Source of the DNA: Clostridiales bacterium
Lineage (GTDB): Bacteria; Bacillota; Clostridia; Oscillospirales; Acutalibacteraceae
DNA: 64,000 nt
Reading direction: 5' to 3'
Assembly: GCA_012523185.1 (NCBI GenBank)
Contig: JAAYIY010000067.1
Coordinates: 1,068-65,067 of the forward strand
Both the position numbers and the translations under genes were made by a program. A model generated the notes under the pieces. That model was not told where the DNA came from. It saw nothing but the letters and a program-made list of their open reading frames with translations, and searched no databases. Positions 18,446-28,476 of the stretch are shown in pieces; within the stretch, counting starts at the first letter, position 1; each line of letters opens with the position of its first letter.

Positions 18446-21184
18446 TTATCTCCGTACACTCAACCGTACTCTTTGCATTTCCAGAACGCTATTTTTGATG
18501 CGTTCGAATTGTGCAGTGTATCCAAAGCAGTCTGCGACAATGCGCTCGAAAGCAAGGCGGTCGACACACTGATATTCCTCTGCAGTAGTCTTTATCTTTC
18601 GGGCAAGGAGCGGACGAAAGGCTTCGAGAATACGGGCAGCGTCGATGGTGGAAAGATGGCGCGGGTCAAGCATCAATATTTTTTTGGTATTTTCGGCACG
18701 GTTGTCGAGTGCCCCCAGCCCCTTGGGAAATCCTGTTGCTTCAGTGTAGAATACGCCGATGATGGAGTTAAGGAGTGCGTGGCACAGTTCCAAGTTAATA
18801 TCTGTAGACTTAGGGTTAAAACCAATTGCTCTCTGGTTGATCTGTGCGGGTTCCTCCAATAAGCCGTAAAAAATACGGCGTTCAGGATTCATGCCTGTAA
18901 ACAAGCGAATACGATCGCTACCAGAGAAGCTACCATCAGCAAGATTCATCCAGAAAGTTTCTTTGTGAGGAACAGATTGGTTTATATGTCCTTGAAAGCG
19001 GTTAATCCATTCGAGTGTTCTGTGGCATCCGTAAGTATGGAGTTCTTCCAACGTGCTATTGCAAACAAAAGAATAGGTGTCGGGTTGAGCAATTAAATAC
19101 TCTGCACTTTTCGCACTTTTGAAAACGCGTCCAACAAAAGCCGGATCGACATCATTGGGTCTGTTGAGATACCATATTTCATCTTGACCAGTTTTCATGC
19201 CACGGAATACATCAAACAAGTCGGTGACTGGGCAGAGAATATCACGGATATCCTCCAGCCAGTCCACATCGTAGAAGAAACAATTTAAGACAATATTCAA
19301 GCTGATCAGTTCAGTTATTTTAGCAAGCGAGTATGTCTTAAAGGTTAATAATGTCAGGGCAACAGCCTGTTTAAGACGAATGGAGTTGATAATCTGCTGC
19401 GTGTCGTCGTCTGTCAAGTCATGTAGAGCCTTGTGAATTAAACCGAAGTTGATCGTATGCGTAGCAGAGGGTGCTTGCGGTATAGCTTTTTTCTTCAGGA
19501 ACAGCATCAGCGTAATGACATCGGCATTATCAAACCATTTGCCTTCTCCGCTGGCAACGATGCTTTCAACGCTGTAATAATAGTTTAGTGCACTAAAGAA
19601 CTTCTGACCTGCCAAGGTGCCGAGCCATGAGTTAGACGTGATGACAGCAACATTGGCATTATCAGCAAGTTGTTTGTGTAGGTGTAGGAGCAAAGCTTGG
19701 TAAAGGTCGACTCGTCCAGATAGGGCAATACTGCTGTCGGTGCGGACTTGCTCCAGTGTCGCATTGATGTGATCGCTCTCCTCACGTCCTTCCTGATCGA
19801 ATGCAACAAAAGGTAGGTTTGACACAAGACTTCCCCACTTAGGGAGGCGAATATCCCGCTTCTCACCATTTTGCGGGTCGGTAATTGGCACTACTTGGTT
19901 TTCGTGCAAACTAAATGCGTTTGCTCGGAACAGCAGGCTGGGCAGATTTATGGCGTTTGCTTGCGTCATGGCAATGTTCGACACCTGAAGCGGAAACGAG
20001 TATTTGTCGGAAGCGTAAGTTGTGGCGTAGGCGCGATCAACGCCGAGAACGTTCTTCGCGTTAAGGATTTCTTTTACAATGGTACCTGTGCCACAGCAGG
20101 GATCTATCGCTGGGACGGTCAAGTCAGCTATCCCGACGTTGACGAGAATTTTCGCGAGTTTGGGCGGTGTAGTAAATACGCCAGAAACGTTGCGTTTAAA
20201 CTGGTTAACGCTGCTTTCCAGCACGGATTGAAGCGCTGTCTGTGGAATGTTGGCTAAGCCATTTTCGGAAAGAAATGCATTGTAGTCGGTTAAATCTGTC
20301 CATGCCGCGTCAGGGAGAAAATCACCGTATGGAACAGCCTCAAAAATGTTGAAGAAGTCACACTGAGCAGTTATCTCTTCAAACACCCGCAGTGCGTCTG
20401 TTGGCGAAACGTCCTCGTCGATACCTTTCACAGCCTCTGCCGGGCTGTGGTTGCGTTTAATCATGTGGGCAAAAGTAAATTTGTTAATCCAGTTCAGTAG
20501 GATGGTTTGGGCATAAGCGGTGTATTGGTTGTTCTGGTCGAATCTGTATTCCCTTTCTACACCGCGCCACCATTGCGATATATACGCTGTGATGGTTGTA
20601 TTCCAGATACCAGACGCTTGCAGGTGCTCTGCCACGATCCCCTTATTACGTTTGAGAATTTCGCTAAAGATGGTGTCGGCGACAATTTCTCCGATTCCAG
20701 CTGGGCGCAATTCACCCGATGTGAAAAAGGCATTCAGTTCGCTGAGAATATCGGCAACCAACGTCTCCCAATCCGCTTTATATGTCATAACATCGGTGCG
20801 GGAGCGGATATGACGCGTCCCATCCCACTCCCGCGTCTTCTCCCAGGTACCTCCATTCTTCACATATAGTACACCATAGGTAAAAATCCATATGAAGCAA
20901 CTACTCACGCGAAGCACGTCGGCTTTGCGTTGTGCATCGTGAATGAAAGTCGCATCAGTGATCGGCACATCAGGCATTTTAACTTCCCAACCCTGCAAGA
21001 TTTGCGTTCGAGCAAGATCGCCATACACAATAATATCCGGGAACATACGTTGACTCCCGGTATTGAGCGTACTTTCGCCACCGATAGATTTGATTTGCCA
21101 AGTGTTTTGTTTGGCAACCCTATCCATCAATTTGATGAGTTCAATCGCTTCACTTCGCTCGTTTCTCCTCACTGTAGCGGGCAT
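18446..21184 (-). CDS. Type IIG restriction-modification enzyme (N-terminal PD-(D/E)xK nuclease fused to gamma-class N6-adenine MTase and specificity region)
   Basis: Nuclease-like FPDIIVYGD...GWEVKMPD. MTase motif I AIDPCCGTGT and motif IV VSNLPFVAF, followed by a long C-terminal region. ATG 21184 follows GGAGAGAGGTGA; the track ORF starts at TTG 21205. Confidence 0.75.
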   Translation of the reverse strand: MPATVRRNERSEAIELIKLMDRVAKQNTWQIKSIGGESTLNTGSQRMFPDIIVYGDLARTQILQGWEVKMPDVPITDATFIHDAQRKADVLRVSSCFIWIFTYGVLYVKNGGTWEKTREWDGTRHIRSRTDVMTYKADWETLVADILSELNAFFTSGELRPAGIGEIVADTIFSEILKRNKGIVAEHLQASGIWNTTITAYISQWWRGVEREYRFDQNNQYTAYAQTILLNWINKFTFAHMIKRNHSPAEAVKGIDEDVSPTDALRVFEEITAQCDFFNIFEAVPYGDFLPDAAWTDLTDYNAFLSENGLANIPQTALQSVLESSVNQFKRNVSGVFTTPPKLAKILVNVGIADLTVPAIDPCCGTGTIVKEILNAKNVLGVDRAYATTYASDKYSFPLQVSNIAMTQANAINLPSLLFRANAFSLHENQVVPITDPQNGEKRDIRLPKWGSLVSNLPFVAFDQEGREESDHINATLEQVRTDSSIALSGRVDLYQALLLHLHKQLADNANVAVITSNSWLGTLAGQKFFSALNYYYSVESIVASGEGKWFDNADVITLMLFLKKKAIPQAPSATHTINFGLIHKALHDLTDDDTQQIINSIRLKQAVALTLLTFKTYSLAKITELISLNIVLNCFFYDVDWLEDIRDILCPVTDLFDVFRGMKTGQDEIWYLNRPNDVDPAFVGRVFKSAKSAEYLIAQPDTYSFVCNSTLEELHTYGCHRTLEWINRFQGHINQSVPHKETFWMNLADGSFSGSDRIRLFTGMNPERRIFYGLLEEPAQINQRAIGFNPKSTDINLELCHALLNSIIGVFYTEATGFPKGLGALDNRAENTKKILMLDPRHLSTIDAARILEAFRPLLARKIKTTAEEYQCVDRLAFERIVADCFGYTAQFERIKNSVLEMQRVRLSVRR

Positions 21185-21191
21185 CTTGAAT

Positions 21192-22043
21192 TCACCTCTC
21201 TCCAAAATCTTGAATTAAATTAGTGGTGGCAATACTCTTTTTTATCTTCTTATCCAAGGTACTCCAGGCTAAAAACAACCTGCGTTTTGCAACATCAATA
21301 TAGTCGATTTCATCCTTCTTAAAGAGAGCTACATCTTCATTTTTTTCTATACCAATGAAATTGCGCCCTTCCATAAGTGCTGCTACTAAAAAAGAGCCAC
21401 TGCCAAAAGTATTATCTAATATCACATCACCCGGTTTTGAGTATGTGCGAACAAAATATCTTCCCAATTCTATAGGCTTTTGAGTAGGATGAACCACTTC
21501 TCCTTCAGATTCTGCCGTTTTTACATAGATGATATCTGTAGGGTATCGCTCCCCTGAACTTTGAACATGAACTGGTTGAAAGTCACCATAACTGCCGCTT
21601 AGTTGATCTTTTCTGACTCCCTTATCATAGGGTTCACCGGGAATCATTTGTGGGTTATATGTAGGTTGCTTTTTATAGAACACACATACATCCTCATATT
21701 TTCTAAGAGGCTGTTTTTTTGCATTCAAAAAGTTAGTGGGCTTGGATTTCTCCCATATCCACTTGTACTTATATAATTTTGGTTGACTTAGAATCAGTTT
21801 GGCAGTAAAAACTCCTTGTGAAGTCAATACTATAGCACCATTGGGTTTAATTATCCGAGTATACTGCTCCCAAAGCAAATCAAGCGGGATGTAGCAATCC
21901 CATTGATTTTGTGTCATACCATAAGGCAAATCACATAAAATCATATCTATTGCCCCATCTGGTATATCTTTCATGCATTCTAAGCAATCAGCTTCATATA
22001 GTTGATTAATCATAGGATACAATGGTGAATTAACATCTATCAT
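21192..22043 (-). CDS. Beta-class DNA methyltransferase (N6-adenine or N4-cytosine)
   Basis: Motif IV LCDLPYG is N-terminal and motif I DNTFGSGSF is C-terminal, the permuted order of beta-class MTases. An AGGAG RBS precedes the start. The stop lies 7 nt before the type IIG gene start. Confidence 0.85.
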   Translation of the reverse strand: MIDVNSPLYPMINQLYEADCLECMKDIPDGAIDMILCDLPYGMTQNQWDCYIPLDLLWEQYTRIIKPNGAIVLTSQGVFTAKLILSQPKLYKYKWIWEKSKPTNFLNAKKQPLRKYEDVCVFYKKQPTYNPQMIPGEPYDKGVRKDQLSGSYGDFQPVHVQSSGERYPTDIIYVKTAESEGEVVHPTQKPIELGRYFVRTYSKPGDVILDNTFGSGSFLVAALMEGRNFIGIEKNEDVALFKKDEIDYIDVAKRRLFLAWSTLDKKIKKSIATTNLIQDFGER

Positions 22044-22073
22044 AAAAACGCTCCTGTCTGTTATTGTAGTAAT

Positions 22074-22286
22074 TTAGATACGGCTTAACATATCAATAAT
22101 ATCTTTTGATATTCCTTTTTGAATGCAATAATCTTTGATCTGAAGGCTTGCCAAACGGCTCGGTTTGGATTTATTGTTCTCCCAGCGATTTAGCGTTGTG
22201 TAACTAACATTCAAATCACGCGCAAGCGTTTCTTGCGAAATATTCATTTCTTTTCGGATCATTTTTAGAATTTCGTCGATGGGCAT
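22074..22286 (-). CDS. XRE-family helix-turn-helix regulator (RM controller-like or phage-repressor-like)
   Basis: 70 aa. ISQETLARDLNVSYTTLNRWENNKSKP is a canonical XRE HTH. ATG 22286 follows GGAGGGGG. It is the first gene of the minus-strand operon. Confidence 0.85.
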   Translation of the reverse strand: MPIDEILKMIRKEMNISQETLARDLNVSYTTLNRWENNKSKPSRLASLQIKDYCIQKGISKDIIDMLSRI

Positions 22287-22319
22287 TTCAATCCCCCTCC
22301 ATATAGTTCTATATAGTAT

Positions 22320-22348
22320 ATTATAGCGTAAGCTATAGCGAATGTCAA
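22320..22348 (-). promoter_or_regulatory. Consensus sigma-A promoter for the HTH-MTase-RM-Gabija operon
   Basis: On the minus strand: TTGACA (22348-22343), a 17-nt spacer, then TATAAT (22325-22320). This lies ~35 nt upstream of the HTH start codon. Confidence 0.75.
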
Positions 22349-22461
22349 TAGACAGCTCCAAATTTATGCTCTTAAATGCCAAAATGTGCGGACAACATTT
22401 TTTCACACTTCCTTTGTCATATGAATATACTTAGGCATTGTGTCAAAGGAGGCGAATCATA

Positions 22462-24393
22462 TTGTACAAACCCATTTATACCCTACAGCTATTACAAACC
22501 TATCTGTCCGACGCACCCGTCGTCGCTTTTGACTTTGAAACCGCGCCGGACGAAAAATACAGAAACGAAGATAAAGCTGCATTGGATGCCCACAAGTCCC
22601 ATATTGTCGGGATCAGTTTCTCGGTTGCCGAGGGCAGCGGCGTATATCTGCCCATTGCTCATCGTATAGGTAGAAATGTCGAAGAATCGACAGAAATCTG
22701 GGCGTGGCTTGCTGAATTTTTCGCCAGCACCTCCATCACCAAGATTGCCCACAACCTCGCCTTTGAGAGCCAATTTCTCTATGCGCGGGGCATCGTGATT
22801 CAGGCGCCGGTGTATGATACCATCGCTGCAGCACAGTTGGTATATAAAAATGAAAAGGAATTCCGCTCCCTCGGCGACTGCGGATTGAAAACCCTTGTGC
22901 CGGAATATTTTCATGAGCCGCTGCCATCGTATGCAGAAACTGTGGGAGGACTTCATTTTGATGAACTCGACCCGCAGTCTGAGAAAACCGTTCACTATGC
23001 CTGTGCCGATGCAGATTACGCTCTGCGGCTGTATCATTTGTTAAATGGCTGGTTTGACCGTTTCCTGCCCAAACACCGTTTAATCGTAGAAAAGGTGGAG
23101 TCGCCCACCGCTGTATATGTAGGGATTATGCGGTATAACGGTCTACCGATCGACCGTGACCTCATGGAACAAAAACGCGCTGAAGCAGAGAAAAAACTGG
23201 TAGAACTGAAAGGCAAGATTGCTTTCATCATCGGTGACATTAGCATTGGCGCAAATGCCAGCACCGCCGCGTTCAAGCGATACTTGTTCGATACGCTGAA
23301 ATTGCCTAAAATGAAGCTGACCGCCAAGGAGCAGGATGCCCTCGATGACGAGGTGATCATTCTGCTAAAAGAATGGTGTGCCGTCAACCGTCCGGAACTG
23401 ACTGAACTATTTGGATTGGTTCAGGAATACCGCCGCTGGGGCAAAATTAAGGGTACATATATAGACGGCTACATGAAATATATCAACAGCGCAACCGGAC
23501 GACTGCACCCGGATTTACTTCCACTCGCAACCGAAACCGGGCGCTTCGCGTCAAAAAATCCAAACTGTCAGAATATGCCCCGCGCTGGTGCGGATGACAT
23601 CGGTATTCGTAATTTCATCACCGCACCGGAGGGAAAAATCCTGCTGTCACTGGACTTTTCCCAAATAGAACTGCGCGTCGGTGCTTTTTACTGCAAGGAT
23701 GAAAAGATGCTGGAAACTTACCGTTCTGGCGGGGATATCCATGCTCTGACCACGGCGGTTATCTATAAAATCCCGCTTTCCGAGGTGGCAGATAAAAATG
23801 CGCCGAACTATAAAGAGCGGCGTACCATCGCCAAGAACTGTAACTTCGGCACGTTTTTCGGGCTGTTTCCAAAAGGGCTGCAGAAAACGCTGAAATTCAA
23901 AGCCGGTTTGGATGTGCCACTTTCCGAGTGTGAAGCCATTATACGAAACCTGAAGATCGGGTATCCCCACCTTTCCCGCTGGCAGGAGGAAGTGAAAACC
24001 CGCGCCGGATTCCACAAATATACAGAAACATGGCTGGGCAGACGGCGCAATGTCCCGGAGATTGCATCGCCCAATTGGAATAAAAAATCCTTTGCCGAGC
24101 GCGTGGCGATGAACACTCCGATTCAGGGTACAGCGGCGGATATCCTGAAACTTGCTCTTGGGCGCATACTGGAAGGTTTGCCCGCGCGCCCATGGCTGAT
24201 GCCTTTGCTTCAAATTCACGACGAATTGGTCTTTGAACTGCCCGAAAATCAGCTTAAAAACGCCGTTACTTTCATCAAAAACTGCATGGAAACACAGCCT
24301 TTTGAAGCGTTTTCTGTGCCAATAATCGCAGAAGCCGCCGCAGGTCATCGCTTCGGCGAACTACATGAACTGGAGGTGAGCGAATTTGTCTGA
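22462..24393 (+). CDS. Family A DNA polymerase with 3'-5' exonuclease domain (phage-type)
   Basis: Exo I VAFDFETAP. Pol motifs LDFSQIELRV, RRTIAKNCNFGTFFG and QIHDELVFE. TTG 22462 lies 9 nt after AAGGAGG; the track start is TTG 22438. Confidence 0.88.
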   Translation: MYKPIYTLQLLQTYLSDAPVVAFDFETAPDEKYRNEDKAALDAHKSHIVGISFSVAEGSGVYLPIAHRIGRNVEESTEIWAWLAEFFASTSITKIAHNLAFESQFLYARGIVIQAPVYDTIAAAQLVYKNEKEFRSLGDCGLKTLVPEYFHEPLPSYAETVGGLHFDELDPQSEKTVHYACADADYALRLYHLLNGWFDRFLPKHRLIVEKVESPTAVYVGIMRYNGLPIDRDLMEQKRAEAEKKLVELKGKIAFIIGDISIGANASTAAFKRYLFDTLKLPKMKLTAKEQDALDDEVIILLKEWCAVNRPELTELFGLVQEYRRWGKIKGTYIDGYMKYINSATGRLHPDLLPLATETGRFASKNPNCQNMPRAGADDIGIRNFITAPEGKILLSLDFSQIELRVGAFYCKDEKMLETYRSGGDIHALTTAVIYKIPLSEVADKNAPNYKERRTIAKNCNFGTFFGLFPKGLQKTLKFKAGLDVPLSECEAIIRNLKIGYPHLSRWQEEVKTRAGFHKYTETWLGRRRNVPEIASPNWNKKSFAERVAMNTPIQGTAADILKLALGRILEGLPARPWLMPLLQIHDELVFELPENQLKNAVTFIKNCMETQPFEAFSVPIIAEAAAGHRFGELHELEVSEFV

Positions 24394-26899
24394 TTACAAT
24401 TTGAATGGTTTACCCATCTCCCCGGCGGAGTTTTTAGGCGCATTTTTTGAACCATCGGAGACCGTGTGCCTCCGTATTTTCAGCGATAAACCGGACAGCG
24501 CATTCGCCGGGCAGAAGTTGGAGGTGAAAGCCGGGCGATTCGACGGTATTGCCGAAACCCTGCAAAAGCACAATGAGCAGGGGCGCGGAATCTATTTTGT
24601 CATCAATTTCGGCGGTCACGAGGATAATCAGATCATACGCATCAACGCCCAGTTTATGGAGTGCGATGATCTGCCGCTGGATGCGCAGCTTGCCAAGATA
24701 CAGGCATTTCCGCTTGAACCGTCGCTAATTGTCAAAACCCGAAAATCCCTGCATTGCTACTGGCTGATGAAAAAGGCGATGCCGGAACGATTCCGAACGG
24801 TTCAGAAAAAGTTGATCACCCATTTCGGAGCAGACCCGGCTTGTGTGAATGAGAGCCGGGTTTTTCGTCTGCCGGGCTTTTTTCACTGCAAGGAAGAGCC
24901 GGTTTTGGTAGAGTGCATCAAGTTTAATCCTGAAATCCGCTACACACAAAAGGAACTTGAAGCCGTCCTGCCGGCTATCCCCGACGAACACGCGCCACCC
25001 GGAACTGCACCGTCACCCATCAAAGAACGTGGTTCACAAAAGGGGCTTGTTACCACGGGCAGACGCTGTATGTTTCTTCAGTATTGCAAACGGAATGCCA
25101 AAACGCTCAGTGAGCCGCTTTGGTACGCAATGATCACCAATCTGGCATTGTTCGAGGGCGGAGAAAACGCGATTCATCAGCTTTCAAAACCCTATCCCAA
25201 ATACAGCTTTGAGCAGACGCAGAGCAAAATTGACCATTTTCACAAATCCGGCACGAAGCCGATCACTTGCCGCCGTATCGGTGAACAGGGCTTTATATGC
25301 CCCAAAATGTCGGATGGCAGCTGCAAAGCAAAAGCTCCCGCAGGGCTTGCATATTTTGCAATCGATACCGATAGTGTCCGCAAGTTGCTGGCAAAATGCA
25401 AAATCAAGGGCAATGCCGTAGACGATGTTTCTACGGCACGGCAGTTTGTCAGTGATTATCTGTACAACTGGGATACCGGGCTTGCGGAAACTTTTATCAC
25501 ATCCGAAATCAAGGTGAAATTCGGATTTAAAGCCGCCGATTTAAAACAACTGGTTACACTTCAAAAAGAACTGTACAATGCGTTTTCTTCCTCGCAGGAA
25601 GCGCGAAAGTTAAAATCGGGCGGTGAAATTTCACCGTGGTACGAAATATCCAAACAGGGCAACCTGAAGTTTTTGCCCGGTGTTTTGGCGGATTATCTCG
25701 CCGAAAATGAAGATGTTATTTACTGCGCCGACAGCTACTATATGTATGAAAACAGCGTATACAACGCAAAAAACGACAAAGCTGCCCAACGTAAGGTACG
25801 TTCGTTCATGAACAGCCGATATGCCCTCGCCGCCGACATCCGCGACGCCGAATTCCAGTGGCAGATTCTGATTGATAAAACCACCCGAGAGATTAACATC
25901 AATCCATATCTGCTCAATTTCGAGAATGGGCTGTATAATCTGCAAACCGATGAACTTGCTTCCCATGATCCAAAAATCCTTAGCACCATACGGCTCGGCG
26001 GCAAATACGACTCAGAAGCCAAATGTCCCACGTTCCTATGGTACTTAAACGATGTTCTGCCGGAGTCCGAAATCCCGCTGATACAGGAAATCCTCGGCTA
26101 TTTCCTTGTTCCGATTAACAAGGCACAGAAGTCTTTTGTCATGGTAGGCAAGCCGGACAGCGGCAAATCCACACTTTTATATGTGGTACAGGATTTGCTT
26201 CTGCGGCAGGAAAATGTATCAAACCTGACGTAGCAGGAGTTGGACGAAAAATTCGCAACGGTTCAGCTTTTCGGTAAGCTGGCGAACATTTTCGCTGACC
26301 TGCCCACCAGTGATATCCGCGACACGGGTACGTTCAAGGCGATCACCGGTGAGGACTATATCTCTGCACAGCACAAGTTTAAGGAGTATTTTTCGTTCAA
26401 GCCGTTTGCGCGGCTCTTGTTTTCCTGCAACAATATCCCCAAGAATTACAGCGACCGCAGCGACGGCTTCTACCGGCGGCTGATTCTGATACGCTTCGAT
26501 CACACCATACCTGAGGATAAAAAGGACGGCAACCTCAAGGAAAAACTCCTGCTGGAGAAAGACGGTATTATTGCATGGGCGATGATCGGCTTGAAAAGAT
26601 TGATGGAGCGCAAATGGAAGTTCACCGAGACCGAGCGCACCCGCGCCGAGCTTGCCAGCTATAAAGCCGACAACAGCAGCACCTTGGCGTTTGTGGAGGA
26701 ATGCTGCATACTCGACCCCGGCAGCGAGGTTTTGCGGGAGGAGTTGTACAACGCATATCACGAATACTGCTCAACCGTCGGATCAAAGCCTGTCTCCCAG
26801 AAACGTTTCAACAACGAACTTGAGGGTGTCAGCGGTGTGTCTCGCGGCAGCGAAGCCGTCACCCGCCGCCGCACATGGCGCGGCATCCGGCTGCTGTGA
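24386..26899 (+). pseudogene. Primase-polymerase / P4-D5-type SF3 helicase, interrupted by in-frame TAG at 26231-26233
   Basis: ORFs 24386-26233 and 26240-26899 are in the same frame. Walker A GKPDSGKST lies ~20 codons before the TAG. The remaining helicase core (LFGKLANIFADLP, RLLFSCNNIP, FYRRLILIRF) lies after it. Confidence 0.8.
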
Positions 26900-27088
26900 G
26901 CGGCTCCCGAGCGGAACCCGGAGCGGATTTCGCCAGATTCTATCGGGGTTTGAGCGGAATGAGCGAGTCGGCGCAACCCATTATGTCATATGGTTCGCAA
27001 GAGTAAACAGCGTAATAAGATAAAAAGTATATATGGAGCGGAATTTTCTGTTATTCCGCTCATGCACGTCCATAAGGAGGTTATCGCC

Positions 27089-27445
27089 ATGCCACCCAAA
27101 GCCCCTCATCCCTGTGCCTATCCCGGCTGTCCTCAGCTTACGACCGAGCGCTATTGTCCTGACCATAAGACCATCGCTTCCCGCGAATATAACCAGTACC
27201 ACCGTCCGACTGACCGTAAACTTTACGGTCGCCGATGGGTGGCGATCCGCAACCTGTACATCCAAAAGCATCCGGTCTGCGAGCTTTGCCTTGAAGCCGG
27301 TCGCTATGTTCCTGCAACCGAAGTCCACCACAAAATCCCCCTCCAGAAAGGCGGCTCGAATGATGAGTCCAACCTTCAGGCGCTCTGCAAGCCCTGCCAC
27401 TCTGCAATCACTATTACCGAAACCAACCGGGAGGGGCGGTCTTAA
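27089..27445 (+). CDS. HNH endonuclease (phage packaging-associated)
   Basis: CELC...EVHHKIPLQKGG...NLQALCKPCHS is an HNH/zinc-finger motif. ATG 27089 lies 8 nt after AAGGAGG. Located just upstream of the terminase genes. Confidence 0.88.
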   Translation: MPPKAPHPCAYPGCPQLTTERYCPDHKTIASREYNQYHRPTDRKLYGRRWVAIRNLYIQKHPVCELCLEAGRYVPATEVHHKIPLQKGGSNDESNLQALCKPCHSAITITETNREGRS

Positions 27446-27519
27446 TCTCTGCGCCCTTTGTCCTGTGTAGCGCGGCAGGGTGTCGTACAAAAAATCCGCG
27501 ATTTCAAAACATTCTAAAA

Positions 27520-27546
27520 AGCCCGTAAACACTGCGTTTGCGGGCT
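27520..27546 (+). terminator. Hairpin downstream of the HNH gene (weak terminator candidate)
   Basis: AGCCCGTAAAC-actgc-GTTTGCGGGCT forms an 11-bp stem (one G-U pair) followed by only TT. Confidence 0.35.
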
Positions 27547-27785
27547 TTCGTCATGCCTATTCAAAGCGTTTTTTGATTGTTTTCATTGAACACAGCTTTT
27601 TTCATTCGTTTTGCCCGGAAAACCTCTGTGAAATCACGGATTTTGGAGGAGAAAAAGGCGGTGCAGACTGTCGGGACAAGCAAAAAACGACGGACAACCT
27701 GTCGAAAAATCGCAGATGAGTGTCAAGAAAAACAAACCGGGTGCATAGAATAATATTACCGTATTTTTCATAAGGGGGGATGATT

Positions 27786-28397
27786 ATGCCGCGAGGCGGA
27801 GCGCGTAAAGGCGCAGGGCGCAAACCGAAGCCGCTTGCCGAGAAACTGGCAGAGGGAAATCCGGGACACCGCCCTTTGAAAAAACTTGAGTTTGCTGGGA
27901 ATGGCGGCATTGATCCTCGCCAACCTCCCGATTATCTGCGTGTGATGGAAAAGCGTGAGCAGGATCAGCGCCCCGGAATCCCCACGCCGACCGCGCTATA
28001 TACCGAAACCATTCAATATATTGAGCCGACCGACTGCTTAAATTTGATCCCGGTGTCGCTGATTGCCGACTATGCCATGGCGAAATACCATCTGCTTCAC
28101 GCGCAGTATGAACTTGGCAGAACGGCAACGGTTACAAAAGCGGATAAGGGAACGAAAAAGGGCGGCGGTGAGACCTTTGAAATCACCGACTTTGCCGAGG
28201 CGATGCTGAAGATGCAAAAAAATGTGCTGGCGACATGGGAGCCGATCTGGGATATCGTATCGCGGAATTGCGAGCGTTTGGTGACAAATCCGGAGCAAGA
28301 CCTGATGGCAATTATCATTGGCGGTCGCCAGCGTAAAGCGAAACCGAAAGGAGATCCGCCCGATGGATTCTATGTAAATACAAAAAATCCCGATTGA
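27786..28397 (+). CDS. Terminase small subunit, P27 family
   Basis: N-terminal PRGGARKGAGRKPKPL...GNPGHRPL is the P27-family TerS signature. ATG 27786 follows AAGGGGGG. Confidence 0.8.
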   Translation: MPRGGARKGAGRKPKPLAEKLAEGNPGHRPLKKLEFAGNGGIDPRQPPDYLRVMEKREQDQRPGIPTPTALYTETIQYIEPTDCLNLIPVSLIADYAMAKYHLLHAQYELGRTATVTKADKGTKKGGGETFEITDFAEAMLKMQKNVLATWEPIWDIVSRNCERLVTNPEQDLMAIIIGGRQRKAKPKGDPPDGFYVNTKNPD

Positions 28398-28476
28398 GAA
28401 ACTCAGTCCGGCGAAATATAATCCGCGCAAAGATTTACAGCCGGGTGACCCGGAATATGAAAAACTGCTGCGTTCG

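Noticed and set aside
18446-21184. The 912-aa MTase-containing protein as a BREX PglX-like or MmeI-like component.
   Set aside because: No other BREX genes are present. The N-terminus has a PD-(D/E)xK-like motif, and a separate beta-class MTase plus a C-protein-like HTH are adjacent, fitting an Eco57I-style type IIG system. It has no recognisable similarity to the MmeI N-terminus as I recall it.
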